Source of the DNA: a virus
Lineage: Duplodnaviria; Caudoviricetes
IMG/VR virus record: IMGVR_UViG_3300020472_000024
Span: 1 to 62,754 of that record
Direction: 5' to 3' (one strand)
DNA: 62,754 nucleotides
The stretch's first letter is position 1, and each line of letters opens with the position of its first letter. Shown here piece after piece: positions 1 to 8,298 of the stretch. Position numbers and translations under genes: made by a program. Below the pieces are notes generated by a model. That model was not told where the DNA came from. It did not search any database and saw nothing but the letters and a program-made list of their open reading frames with translations.

Positions 1-197
1 AAGTCTTCGCCTTCAACAGCAGGTAAAAATCTAATAACAGCATAACCGTTACCAGTTTTGTCTAACTCTGGTTTCCAGAATCTGTCGTCTTGGTATTTGT
101 TCTTGTTTGATTGATCCTCAGGTTTGAGGTTTGTTTCAAGTGCCTTTGTCAGTTTGTCAAAATTACTTGATGATGATTTTAAAGTTTCAAAATCCAT
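1..197 (-). CDS. 32: ssDNA-binding protein gp32 (N-terminal part; runs off window)
   Basis: Hand translation MDFETLKSSSSNFDKL...DDRFWKPELDKTGNGYAVIRFLPA is the T4 gp32 N-terminal signature; GGAGA RBS upstream; downstream of gp59. Confidence 0.95.
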   Translation of the reverse strand, partial: MDFETLKSSSSNFDKLTKALETNLKPEDQSNKNKYQDDRFWKPELDKTGNGYAVIRFLPAVEGED

Positions 198-261
198 ATT
201 CGTATTCTCCTTATTAATTGTATTCGTTGTATTTGTGTGTCCTGTTTAATCGGACGCAATA

Positions 262-420
262 TTATTTATACTGGTTTTTCTTCCACTTATCATAATCTTT
301 TCGCCATTCACTAGCAGATTTACAAGGACTAGGTAATGATTTGTTAATCATATATTCTCTAATTCTCTTTGATGTGGTGTCAACCCAATTTAATATTGTA
401 TATATTATTCCGTCTAACAT
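262..420 (-). CDS. small hypothetical protein (52 aa)
   Basis: Hand-translated MLDGIIYTILNWVD...KKNQYK*; ATG 6 nt after a sigma70 -10 box. Confidence 0.6.
   Translation of the reverse strand: MLDGIIYTILNWVDTTSKRIREYMINKSLPSPCKSASEWRKDYDKWKKNQYK
263..270 (-). promoter_or_regulatory. T4-type late promoter TATAAATA upstream of gp32
   Basis: Exact TATAAATA on minus strand, 65 nt upstream of the gp32 ATG. Confidence 0.75.
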
Positions 421-426
421 AGTACC

Positions 427-455
427 ACTATAACACTATTTGAGCATATTGTCAA
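427..455 (-). promoter_or_regulatory. sigma70-like early promoter
   Basis: gcTTGACA-17 nt-TATAGT. Confidence 0.75.
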
Positions 456-1293
456 GCGCCATATAGTCAATATATTGGATATTTTTCTCTCTTTTCCAAT
501 CGTCTGGTATTGTACTAATTGGGTCAGAACCATCGCCTCCGTGTGGATTTACCTTGTAGAAAGTGATGTTTGGGTGCTCTCCAAATAATTGTAACCATTG
601 TCTAGTCCAATTGATACTAGGTGTCTTGTGTGCCTCACTTAAACCATAATGTTTAGTGTCTTTGTATAGGTTGTTTAGATTGTCATTAAAACTCTCTAAA
701 TCGTGTCCTAATAAAAATACTTCTTCTGGATTATTATCTTGTATTGCAAAATAACCTGAAGTAGGACCTGCTGCCCAACCTCTATCTCTTGTCTTACCCT
801 CATTGCTAATCATATAGTCGTGTACTGATCTAACTTTATCGCCTTCTGTAATCCAACTAACATTGATAGATGTATGATTGACTTCTTTCTTTTCTCTTGT
901 CTTATTCTTTTTTAATATCTCTACTACACCTGCTAAATTAGAACCGTGCATTACAAACTCTTTACAATCACCTCGTTCATTAGAAGAAATTACATTTTCT
1001 TTTTTAATTAGTTCATAATCTTGGTCTGAATAGTTTTGTCCTGCATATAATAATTGTTCGTACATTTCTCCAGGCATTGTACTCCAATCTCTAAACACAC
1101 ACTTGTTATCTTGTGCATAACCAGAATTATATATCTCGTGCATAATACCCATATCAACTGCTGTGATAACATCTGGTTTAAAATCTCTATACAAGGCATT
1201 ACACCCATATATTTTACCGTGTGGTCTTAATGATTCTAAATTAAAATCTTTTCTACTCTCACCATTACCTATAACAAATACTCTACCAGCCAT
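436..1293 (-). CDS. hypothetical protein, GNGxS Rossmann-like (Maf/sialyltransferase-like) fold
   Basis: N-terminal VFVIGNGESR...YGCNALYRD...AVD and later VFLLGHD motifs. Confidence 0.5.
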   Translation of the reverse strand: MAGRVFVIGNGESRKDFNLESLRPHGKIYGCNALYRDFKPDVITAVDMGIMHEIYNSGYAQDNKCVFRDWSTMPGEMYEQLLYAGQNYSDQDYELIKKENVISSNERGDCKEFVMHGSNLAGVVEILKKNKTREKKEVNHTSINVSWITEGDKVRSVHDYMISNEGKTRDRGWAAGPTSGYFAIQDNNPEEVFLLGHDLESFNDNLNNLYKDTKHYGLSEAHKTPSINWTRQWLQLFGEHPNITFYKVNPHGGDGSDPISTIPDDWKREKNIQYIDYMALDNMLK

Positions 1294-2107
1294 ATTTCTT
1301 CCAAAACTCTCTCATCTTATTATAATTTCTGTTAAAACCTTCTGTTAATAATTGTCTTGTCATATTACTTTCTTTTTCAAAATTTGGATCATCATTTTTA
1401 TCTATATTTACATAATCAGATTCATCTCCAGGTATTAATATGAATTGTGCAATCGGTGTACCTGCCTTGATTATTGTTTCTCCTTCTGTACTATGCCAAA
1501 ACATTGGTACGGTACCTATGGTAGCGTGACCTAATCTTGGTTCAAGTACACCAGAACAAGTTGTAAATCTAAAATCATCTTGGTAAAAAGGATGAAGTTG
1601 TAATAGTTTATAACCTTTAGGTATTCTTGCCACCCAAGGTAAATTAAATTTCATTAATCGTTTTAATGTATCTTTTGGCCAATTCTCAAAGAAAGGTGCC
1701 ATTGATTGTTCTTGGTGTGATGTAATTAAAGGCATATTATTCATTGATTGGGATGGATTTATAAATCTAAAATTTTCACCTTTAACTTCTATCTTAACGT
1801 CTTGGTGTAATCTCATTATCCAACCTGTGTTATGCCACATTTGTAGTGCTGGACATTTTGATGTATGTCTATTTTCTTCTTGTTTAAATTTTTGATGTTC
1901 AGGTACATCATACATTTCCTGACCGTGTCTATATTGTTTTGTTATTGAACCACCTTCTTTGAAATCTCTTGCTGCCTTTTTCACCCAACTAGGTTTTAAT
2001 GAAGACGCTTTTACTATTGGCATTGTTTTATCAATGCCTGGTATTGTGGCAATAAATTCTACTTTAGGTTTTGATTTATCTCCCCCACCTGCTAATTTAT
2101 CAAACAT
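1283..2107 (-). CDS. hypothetical protein, dUTPase-like beta-clip fold possible
   Basis: 274-aa ORF; KCPA motif and C-terminal IKAGTPIAQFILIP. Confidence 0.5.
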   Translation of the reverse strand: MFDKLAGGGDKSKPKVEFIATIPGIDKTMPIVKASSLKPSWVKKAARDFKEGGSITKQYRHGQEMYDVPEHQKFKQEENRHTSKCPALQMWHNTGWIMRLHQDVKIEVKGENFRFINPSQSMNNMPLITSHQEQSMAPFFENWPKDTLKRLMKFNLPWVARIPKGYKLLQLHPFYQDDFRFTTCSGVLEPRLGHATIGTVPMFWHSTEGETIIKAGTPIAQFILIPGDESDYVNIDKNDDPNFEKESNMTRQLLTEGFNRNYNKMREFWKKYGW

Positions 2108-2708
2108 TTTTAATTACCTCTTTCATTATTAATTTACATTCTGTCAAATTATAGTTTATAAAAGGTTTCAACTTGGTAACCTTATGTGCGATTTTAGGCC
2201 AGACAACCCTTTCTTTAATTTGTTTATTCCAATTTTTGATAAACGATAAGACTTGGTCAAGCACAACGAAGGTTTGGAAAGACGTTCTCCTCTGGATAAG
2301 TAAACGTAAAAGTCGTGGATGTTGTCCGCTATTGCAAATGAAACCATCATCAAAAGAAATACGCTTACTGCTAAAGTCATTAAGAATATTAACAAAGTCG
2401 TTTCTAAAATGAAATTTAAAATTGTCTTTAACTTTTTTATAATTGAGGTATATCTCTCGTCCATCATTTTCTAATAAGTTACCAATCCAGTTCTTGTCTT
2501 TGTCAATAAAATTTGCAACAAAGAAATCAAGTATTTCATCTTGTTTATATTTTGTGCTAAGTTTGTGAAAAAAGTATCTGTCATTTCTTTTTGTAAATGT
2601 ATCTAGTTTTATATTTACCTTACCATCATAGTCAAAATAATTATAGTTGGTAGTAAAATGTAATTTAACTGCCATATAGACTCTAAAAACATCAAACCCT
2701 CCATACAT
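2100..2708 (-). CDS. 59: helicase loader gp59
   Basis: YMAVKLHFTTNYNYFDYDGK...RNDRYFFHKLS matches gp59; 33-59-32 synteny. Confidence 0.9.
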   Translation of the reverse strand: MYGGFDVFRVYMAVKLHFTTNYNYFDYDGKVNIKLDTFTKRNDRYFFHKLSTKYKQDEILDFFVANFIDKDKNWIGNLLENDGREIYLNYKKVKDNFKFHFRNDFVNILNDFSSKRISFDDGFICNSGQHPRLLRLLIQRRTSFQTFVVLDQVLSFIKNWNKQIKERVVWPKIAHKVTKLKPFINYNLTECKLIMKEVIKNV

Positions 2709-2950
2709 TAGAACCAATCCTTATTAGGCGGTATCTCAACGTCTGTTTCATTATACTTATCATACCATAAACTAAGCAAAGCAATAACAACACCTAATAT
2801 TATAAGACCCCATAAACCTGTTGACTTTTCTACAAATAATAAATGATATAATACCTCAACACCATTCATACCTTCTAATGGATTTGCTTTTTCAGCATTT
2901 TGTGTGAGTTTGTCCATAAACTCGTCCATTGCTTTTAACTCATTAGACAT
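2708..2950 (-). CDS. small membrane protein
   Basis: 80-aa ORF with one hydrophobic helix. Confidence 0.6.
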   Translation of the reverse strand: MSNELKAMDEFMDKLTQNAEKANPLEGMNGVEVLYHLLFVEKSTGLWGLIILGVVIALLSLWYDKYNETDVEIPPNKDWF

Positions 2951-3090
2951 TTTAATTCTTCTAACGCTTTCATTAAAGGATGTTTCATAACTTTTTTGTT
3001 ATTCATTTTTGGTATTGCCTTTAGAAATTTAGGATATTGTATATTTAATTTTATAATAACTTCTTCAAGTAATTTATCTTTTCTGGTCAT
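2935..3090 (-). CDS. small hypothetical protein (51 aa)
   Basis: Hand-translated MTRKDKLLEE...; fills the gap and overlaps the gp33 stop (ATGA). Confidence 0.5.
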   Translation of the reverse strand: MTRKDKLLEEVIIKLNIQYPKFLKAIPKMNNKKVMKHPLMKALEELKCLMS

Positions 3091-3302
3091 ACAGGTAATG
3101 TACCACCTTTTTTCTCTTTTAACATTTTAAGATTGATTGCTTCGTGTTTGATTTTCTCTTTCAATGATTTGTTAACCATTGAGTTGATTGTGCCTACATC
3201 AATGTCGTGTGTCTTACAATAGTCTATTATGGCGTCCATATATGGCATTTTATTCTCTTTGACCATTGCCTCTATTTTTAAACTAAATTCTTTACTATTC
3301 AT
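3087..3302 (-). CDS. 33: late transcription coactivator gp33
   Basis: FSLKIEAMVKE..YMDAIIDYC...NKSLKEKIKHEAINLKML...TLPV; synteny. Confidence 0.9.
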   Translation of the reverse strand: MNSKEFSLKIEAMVKENKMPYMDAIIDYCKTHDIDVGTINSMVNKSLKEKIKHEAINLKMLKEKKGGTLPV

Positions 3303-3308
3303 ATCTAC

Positions 3309-3337
3309 ACTATAACATATTTCTTTAAGCAAGTCAA
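3309..3337 (-). promoter_or_regulatory. sigma70-like early promoter (leaderless gp33 transcript)
   Basis: TTGACT-17-TATAGT, ATG 6 nt downstream. Confidence 0.75.
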
Positions 3338-3398
3338 GGGTATCGTGTGGTTACTCACGCTAGCTTTCACCACACTTCGGCGCCTACCTAACACACGG

Positions 3399-3929
3399 TT
3401 AGATATTCTCTAATACTTTTTCTGGTGATGATACCGTATAAGGGTCATCATCATCACTATAATTATTAATACCTGGTTCTTCAAACCATTTTTCTACTAT
3501 GCCATTTTTAACTACAGCAGCATATCTCCACGATCTCATACCGAAACCTTGAGCAGGTTTATTTACTAACATACCCATTGATCTAGTAAACGTACCACAA
3601 CCATCTGGTATCATTTTTACATTCTTAATATCTAAATCTCTTGCCCAGGCATTCATTACAAATGCGTCATTTACTGATATACAATATACATCATCATAAC
3701 CTTGTTCTTTAAATTTTGAATATAACTCATCATACATAGGTAATTGTTGTCCTGAACAGGTAGGTGTAAATGCACCTGGTAAACTAAACAACACAACTTT
3801 TCTATCTTTAAATAGATCATCTGTTGTTATATCTTTCCAAGTACCACCAATAAAAGTACAACCACCTTTTTCATCGGTGTCGCCTTCTCTAAATTTGAAA
3901 GTGTGATTTATTAATTTACATTGGTTCAT
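3399..3929 (-). CDS. peroxiredoxin (Prx5/PRX5-like)
   Basis: LPGAFTPTCS, SVNDAFVMNAW and RSWRYA motifs. Confidence 0.95.
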   Translation of the reverse strand: MNQCKLINHTFKFREGDTDEKGGCTFIGGTWKDITTDDLFKDRKVVLFSLPGAFTPTCSGQQLPMYDELYSKFKEQGYDDVYCISVNDAFVMNAWARDLDIKNVKMIPDGCGTFTRSMGMLVNKPAQGFGMRSWRYAAVVKNGIVEKWFEEPGINNYSDDDDPYTVSSPEKVLENI

Positions 3930-3947
3930 TATATATTCCTCATTATT

Positions 3948-4185
3948 AAGTGCCTGATTCTGTTGCGAGGTTCAGGCAAACCCCAAGCAGTTATTATGCT
4001 GCTAAAGCGTAACTTTCGTTAGCATTTATAATTTGACATTACGGTGTCAGCGATTTAACTCCAATAAGTTTTAGTAGCAGTCGAATCTAACTCACCCCCT
4101 CAAAGCACACATCAATGTGTTTTAAATTGGTGGAGGTGGTGGGTATTGCACCCACGTCCTCACTAGTTATTGTCTTATCTTCAAC
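3948..4185 (-). ncRNA. ssrA: circularly permuted (two-piece) tmRNA
   Basis: Acceptor piece first (T-arm GUGGG-UGCAAUA-CCCAC, CACCUCC-A-CCA ending at 4128), then about 28-nt intervening sequence, then coding piece starting GGGGGUG at 4099 (G3.U70 pair), tag ORF ANESYALAA-stop-stop at 4023-3991, and a 3' hairpin with CAACAGAA loop; outer ends approximate. Confidence 0.93.
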
Positions 4186-4195
4186 ATTAAATTCT

Positions 4196-4534
4196 TTAAT
4201 TCTGTAAGGTCTTATTCAAAACCACATCAAAGGTCCTAAACAAAATGCAAGTGTTATTAGGATTGTCAGGTGTTTGTACTGAAGCAAATGATTGAGTTGT
4301 ATCGTTCATCCAATAAACTATCATATAAACAATTTCTCCATCTGGTTTTCCACCTGCTCTACCATAACTTACATTAAGAGGCACAAACTTATTGTCTGTT
4401 GCCCACCTATTAATTTCATCATTCGTGGAACATATTGCTGGCAATTGTTCCCACCAAAAGTTGTATTGTTTCTGCGTTTCTGCATAAGCAATACTTGTAA
4501 ATAATAATGTTAAAATTAGTGTTAATATTTTCAT
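4196..4534 (-). CDS. secreted hypothetical protein
   Basis: Signal peptide MKILTLILTLLFTSIAYA; two Cys. Confidence 0.7.
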   Translation of the reverse strand: MKILTLILTLLFTSIAYAETQKQYNFWWEQLPAICSTNDEINRWATDNKFVPLNVSYGRAGGKPDGEIVYMIVYWMNDTTQSFASVQTPDNPNNTCILFRTFDVVLNKTLQN

Positions 4535-4584
4535 ACTTCCTTTACCGTTAGGTCGCAAGTATAAATTTAATTCACATTATTAAT

Positions 4585-5280
4585 CTATGTCGTACTTTTG
4601 ACTTTACCTTTGTTAAGTTCTTCGTAATATTTATAAAAGTCTTGGATCGCTTTACCCAGCGACTCTTCGTAATCTTTTCTATTCTTCTTGTAGCAAGCAA
4701 CAGAACCATCTTCTCCTGCAAGTAATATAACAATTTGTTCTATGGGTTTACCGAATATCTCCTCATACATAATAGCATAGGCAGTACATTGTAAAAAGTA
4801 ATTATCTATCCAAGACTCTTGTCGTTCTTTGTTTGCTGTTTTGAAATCTATAACTGAAAGTTTACCATTGTATTCAGCAACACAATCAACTTGACCTGCA
4901 ATGGTCAATTTGTGTGAGTACATAATTGCCTCTAACAAATGAATATTGTTTATCTGATCTACGTATGGTTTTAATAATTTAAAAAGTCCTATTGGTAATA
5001 CACTTCTCTCACTAGGAGTTTCACCTTTTAGATATTGTTCTATTAATGTGTGAGTTGCCTTACCTCGTCTGGCTGCTCGTGCCATTTCCCAATTAGCAGC
5101 GCCTTCACCTACGTTCTTACGCCACTCTATTAGACCATCTTTTTTTCTGATATTTAAAACGGTAGTTACGGAAGGATAGTTCTTGCCATCAACTTCGTAA
5201 AACCTGTGTCCGTCTATTCTTCTACCTTTAGTTTTAGGTAAAAGGTCTTTGTTTATTTCTTCAAATTTAAATTTACTCAT
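4585..5280 (-). CDS. PD-(D/E)XK (Cas4/RecB-like) exonuclease
   Basis: YPSVTTVL, RGKATH, AGQVDC...IDFKT, YFLQCTAYA motifs. Confidence 0.9.
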   Translation of the reverse strand: MSKFKFEEINKDLLPKTKGRRIDGHRFYEVDGKNYPSVTTVLNIRKKDGLIEWRKNVGEGAANWEMARAARRGKATHTLIEQYLKGETPSERSVLPIGLFKLLKPYVDQINNIHLLEAIMYSHKLTIAGQVDCVAEYNGKLSVIDFKTANKERQESWIDNYFLQCTAYAIMYEEIFGKPIEQIVILLAGEDGSVACYKKNRKDYEESLGKAIQDFYKYYEELNKGKVKSTT

Positions 5281-5288
5281 AATATACT

Positions 5289-5317
5289 AATATAACATTA
5301 TATTGGCAAAAAGTCAA
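5289..5317 (-). promoter_or_regulatory. sigma70-like early promoter
   Basis: gcTTGACT-17-TATATT, ATG 8 nt downstream. Confidence 0.7.
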
Positions 5318-5401
5318 GCGTCAAATAGACCTATGGAGCATATAATGATCCACAAGTTTATTGCGATCCTTTACCTGTTCATTATTAAGAGTTTCTACCG
5401 C

Positions 5402-5872
5402 TCAACTAGGGTCATACGGTTCATACACCGTCTTACCATCATCATTTCGGTATGCTCTTAATACTTGTTTTCTATTGTCTTCATCATTCTTATACGAACA
5501 ATGAATCCACCCACTATTAGGTTCCTCTGGATTGTGAAATTCCAATATCAATTGGTCAAAATTTAATTTGTCTATGATATATTTTGCTAGTTCAGCATTT
5601 GCTAAACCAAATATTTCAAAGTCCGCCGCCTGGCCCTTTGCGTGTTGTGATTTTAAACTTGATCCTATCTTAACGCATAACTCTGGCGATCTGTACCCAC
5701 TTGATACTGATACTACCTTACCATAATGATCTCGTATCGGTTGTAGTATATTCTCACATAGTTTTTTTAAATTATCCATATGATCCTCACTCGGATTATT
5801 GCTAATACCGTGTCTGTCTGCCGTTTGAGAGGCAGTCATTTCTTTAAGCGAGAAGTTGTTGCTTAACTGCAT
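5402..5872 (-). CDS. peptidase M15 family (D-Ala-D-Ala peptidase/endolysin-like)
   Basis: SSGYRS, SQHAKGQAADF, WIHCSY motifs. Confidence 0.9.
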   Translation of the reverse strand: MQLSNNFSLKEMTASQTADRHGISNNPSEDHMDNLKKLCENILQPIRDHYGKVVSVSSGYRSPELCVKIGSSLKSQHAKGQAADFEIFGLANAELAKYIIDKLNFDQLILEFHNPEEPNSGWIHCSYKNDEDNRKQVLRAYRNDDGKTVYEPYDPS

Positions 5873-6014
5873 TTATTTTATCCTTTGCTTTTAATTTAAG
5901 TTTCTTTAGAGTTCTCAAATCGTACCAACTTTGTGTTGTTCTATCATTTTGTCTTTTTGTTTCATACTTGTTTACTTCCTTTTTCAGTTCTTTATGCTTC
6001 TGCTTAGCAGACAT
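5844..6014 (-). CDS. small coiled-coil protein (DUF465/YdcH-like)
   Basis: Hand-translated MSAKQKHKELKKEV...LRTLKKLKLKAKDKI. Confidence 0.55.
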   Translation of the reverse strand: MSAKQKHKELKKEVNKYETKRQNDRTTQSWYDLRTLKKLKLKAKDKINAVKQQLLA

Positions 6015-6017
6015 AAA

Positions 6018-6410
6018 TTACCCCCTTGTTAGTTTAAGTATTTTCTCTATTTGTGCCTTAATAATTGGTCCTCTATTCGGCCAATGTATGTATGGTTCGT
6101 CTGATTTAGATAAATTGTATAAAAAAGGTAATACAATTTTCTCAATATCTTTAAATCTTTTTAATGTATCTTCGTCTGATATTTCTTTTGTAATGGTATC
6201 TTTTTCTGCTACTATCTGCATTATCTCATTCATCATTGATTTTATATCACCAACATCTGATTTAACTTTAGATAATTCTATATTAGTTCCTTCAACTACT
6301 TTAGGATCAATACTAGGTTTGCTTGATTCAGGTTTAGAAGTAACTGGTGTGAAACCCCAATCATCTGAAGTATCAAACTCTCGCATATAATCTGGTATAT
6401 CTTTTGCCAT
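6018..6410 (-). CDS. conserved hypothetical phage protein
   Basis: 130-aa ORF; DWGFT and YIHWPNR motifs. Confidence 0.7.
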   Translation of the reverse strand: MAKDIPDYMREFDTSDDWGFTPVTSKPESSKPSIDPKVVEGTNIELSKVKSDVGDIKSMMNEIMQIVAEKDTITKEISDEDTLKRFKDIEKIVLPFLYNLSKSDEPYIHWPNRGPIIKAQIEKILKLTRG

Positions 6411-6727
6411 TACTTTTTCCTTCTACTTGCTATTCTTTTTTTATTTTTTGCTATTGCTTGTTGAGTTTTAATTTGTTTGATTGTTTTCTTGCCGTATCTC
6501 TCAGCAAGTGGACTTGTAGGATGTGCCTCAGCAATCCTTGACATATTATCTTTCCAACCTTGGTCATTTTTAATATTTGTACTCCCTATGCCTGCAACGA
6601 TATTTATTGGTTGTAAAACTTGTGTAATATGTTTATTCTTTTGTAAATACTCTTCCATATCAGATATTGACATCATATCGTCATATTCTTTCTTGGTTTT
6701 CTTATTATAGAAGGTATATATTGGCAT
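6410..6727 (-). CDS. conserved T4-like hypothetical protein (FmdB-like N-terminus lacking Cys)
   Basis: MPIYTFYNKKT... Confidence 0.65.
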   Translation of the reverse strand: MPIYTFYNKKTKKEYDDMMSISDMEEYLQKNKHITQVLQPINIVAGIGSTNIKNDQGWKDNMSRIAEAHPTSPLAERYGKKTIKQIKTQQAIAKNKKRIASRRKK

Positions 6728-6927
6728 TAAGAAAAGTATTTATTTAACATTTCTAATTGGTCATCATACTCAGCAATTATACCTAATTCTTTTTCAATTG
6801 TTTCTAGTGTATCAGGATGCTCTGCTATACCAGCAGTTTTCTGTAATAACACTTCTACATTTGCTTTATGTTTTGCTATATGACCTTCAGCGTGTTTCTT
6901 TAGTGCTTCTATCATTTCACTTCGCAT
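6727..6927 (-). CDS. hypothetical protein
   Basis: 66-aa ORF, translationally coupled. Confidence 0.7.
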   Translation of the reverse strand: MRSEMIEALKKHAEGHIAKHKANVEVLLQKTAGIAEHPDTLETIEKELGIIAEYDDQLEMLNKYFS

Positions 6928-7077
6928 TTTTTTTCTCCTTTAATATTCTACCGTAATTCGGCCATCCAAATTTGTCGGGTGACTCATCTGTGTATCTCCA
7001 ACGAATAACTCCTGTATCAGGATTTCTTTCGTAAATTTTTTCTCTTTTAAATTTTATTTTTTGTTTAATCGCCATTA

Positions 7078-7236
7078 TTAATCCTCAACATTATTATGAT
7101 ATAGACCGTCCCTTAATATTTTTTCTTCATCAAAGGTAAATGGTCTAATCATATTTTTACCTTTGTCTTTTCTCTCTTTAGTTTGTCTTTTACTTTCTTC
7201 GTAACTCAATTGTTCCATATCATCCATTTGTGCCAT
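7078..7236 (-). CDS. small hypothetical protein
   Basis: ORF with likely start MAQMDD after AAGGG RBS. Confidence 0.5.
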   Translation of the reverse strand: MAQMDDMEQLSYEESKRQTKERKDKGKNMIRPFTFDEEKILRDGLYHNNVED

Positions 7237-7801
7237 TATGTATCCCTTCTTTGTACCAGTCAGGCATAACTGCACCTGGTTTTTCCCATTTAGCAAATCG
7301 TATCTTCTCTAGTATATAGTATTTTCTATAAGACCCTACAACGTCACCTGGTATCTTACAATGATCTGGCATTGCTGGTGTAGCGTCTGTACCTATCACA
7401 TCAACTCTAGCATTTACTGGTGGTGTTTTTAGTAATTCAGCAAGTTTAGTTATTGATACGTGGTCTTTATCTTTTTGCCATCTTAATTTGTATTCTTCAT
7501 TCAAAGCAAGAAAATGTTTGTACAACCATATGTAATTGTAAGCAGATTTTAAAACCCATTGTGTACTAGGGTGACCTAACCAACCTGCCTTGTATATGAT
7601 TGCTTCTTCGTTAGAGTTCTCTAGTCGCCATCTTCTTATCTTACGACCATTCTTTGTGAAGTCTGTATATTCAATGCCGTCAAGTACACGTTTTGCTGTA
7701 CATAGCATTTGAGCAGACTCTAATATCATTTTGATAATGTGTTTATCACACATCATCTTAGCAGCAGTTTCTGGATTTTTATCTACGTAAAATATATTCA
7801 T
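7220..7801 (-). CDS. pyrimidine-dimer DNA glycosylase/endonuclease V-like protein
   Basis: MNIFYVD..P...A....DKH..KMILESAQML, HPS..W motifs. Confidence 0.75.
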   Translation of the reverse strand: MNIFYVDKNPETAAKMMCDKHIIKMILESAQMLCTAKRVLDGIEYTDFTKNGRKIRRWRLENSNEEAIIYKAGWLGHPSTQWVLKSAYNYIWLYKHFLALNEEYKLRWQKDKDHVSITKLAELLKTPPVNARVDVIGTDATPAMPDHCKIPGDVVGSYRKYYILEKIRFAKWEKPGAVMPDWYKEGIHNGTNG

Positions 7802-7986
7802 TAATGTATTGCTTTTCTAAAATAATTCATCTTATCATACTTCTCACACAATGCTTTGAAAGTCTTATACCAAAAGTCTTTACTCCAATTCGTTTCAGCA
7901 TTCTTACACTTGTTCTCAGCATTTTTAATTCTTCTCATCTGTAAATCAGGAGAGATAATTCTATCAATATCAATATTTGTAATCAT
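7801..7986 (-). CDS. hypothetical protein (leaderless)
   Basis: 61-aa ORF directly after a promoter. Confidence 0.6.
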   Translation of the reverse strand: MITNIDIDRIISPDLQMRRIKNAENKCKNAETNWSKDFWYKTFKALCEKYDKMNYFRKAIH

Positions 7987-7992
7987 AGTTAT

Positions 7993-8021
7993 AATATATC
8001 ACTTTTTTTCACCTTTGTCAA
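7993..8021 (-). promoter_or_regulatory. sigma70-like early promoter
   Basis: gcTTGACA-17-TATATT, ATG 6 nt downstream. Confidence 0.7.
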
Positions 8022-8298
8022 GCACAGGATGTTGTTTGTATTCAACTTCTTGGCATATTGCCTCTAATCCGTCCTTCAAAACCCTACGAATCTTGCAATC
8101 ATAACCTGTAATTTTAGATAAAAACTGGTCGTCTGTTGTTTTTTTATCGTTAGCAGCGAGAGATAGATCAACACCACCTTTAATATAGGTAATTGTCTTA
8201 TATGATTCGTATGAGGAAGCAGTTGTACCTACAACGGCAGGTAAAGTACCACACGCATTTAGTAATAGTAAACTACTTATTAGTATCAGTATTCGCAT
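7999..8298 (-). CDS. lipoprotein
   Basis: Lipobox LLLNAC after a hydrophobic signal. Confidence 0.7.
   Translation of the reverse strand: MRILILISSLLLLNACGTLPAVVGTTASSYESYKTITYIKGGVDLSLAANDKKTTDDQFLSKITGYDCKIRRVLKDGLEAICQEVEYKQHPVLDKGEKK

Noticed and set aside
4095-4160. tRNA-Ala-like acceptor and T-arm
   Set aside because: The 3' half precedes the 5' half, there is no anticodon arm and a proteolysis tag follows; it is the permuted tmRNA
4585-5280. Cas4 / CRISPR system
   Set aside because: Stand-alone PD-(D/E)XK nuclease without the four-Cys Fe-S cluster; no repeat-spacer array seen in the window
5321-5404. 26 open codons in frame after the TGA of the M15 peptidase (possible readthrough or recoding)
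   Set aside because: The M15 domain is already complete, codon usage is atypical, and other genes use TGA as a normal stop; homologue alignment would be needed to revive it
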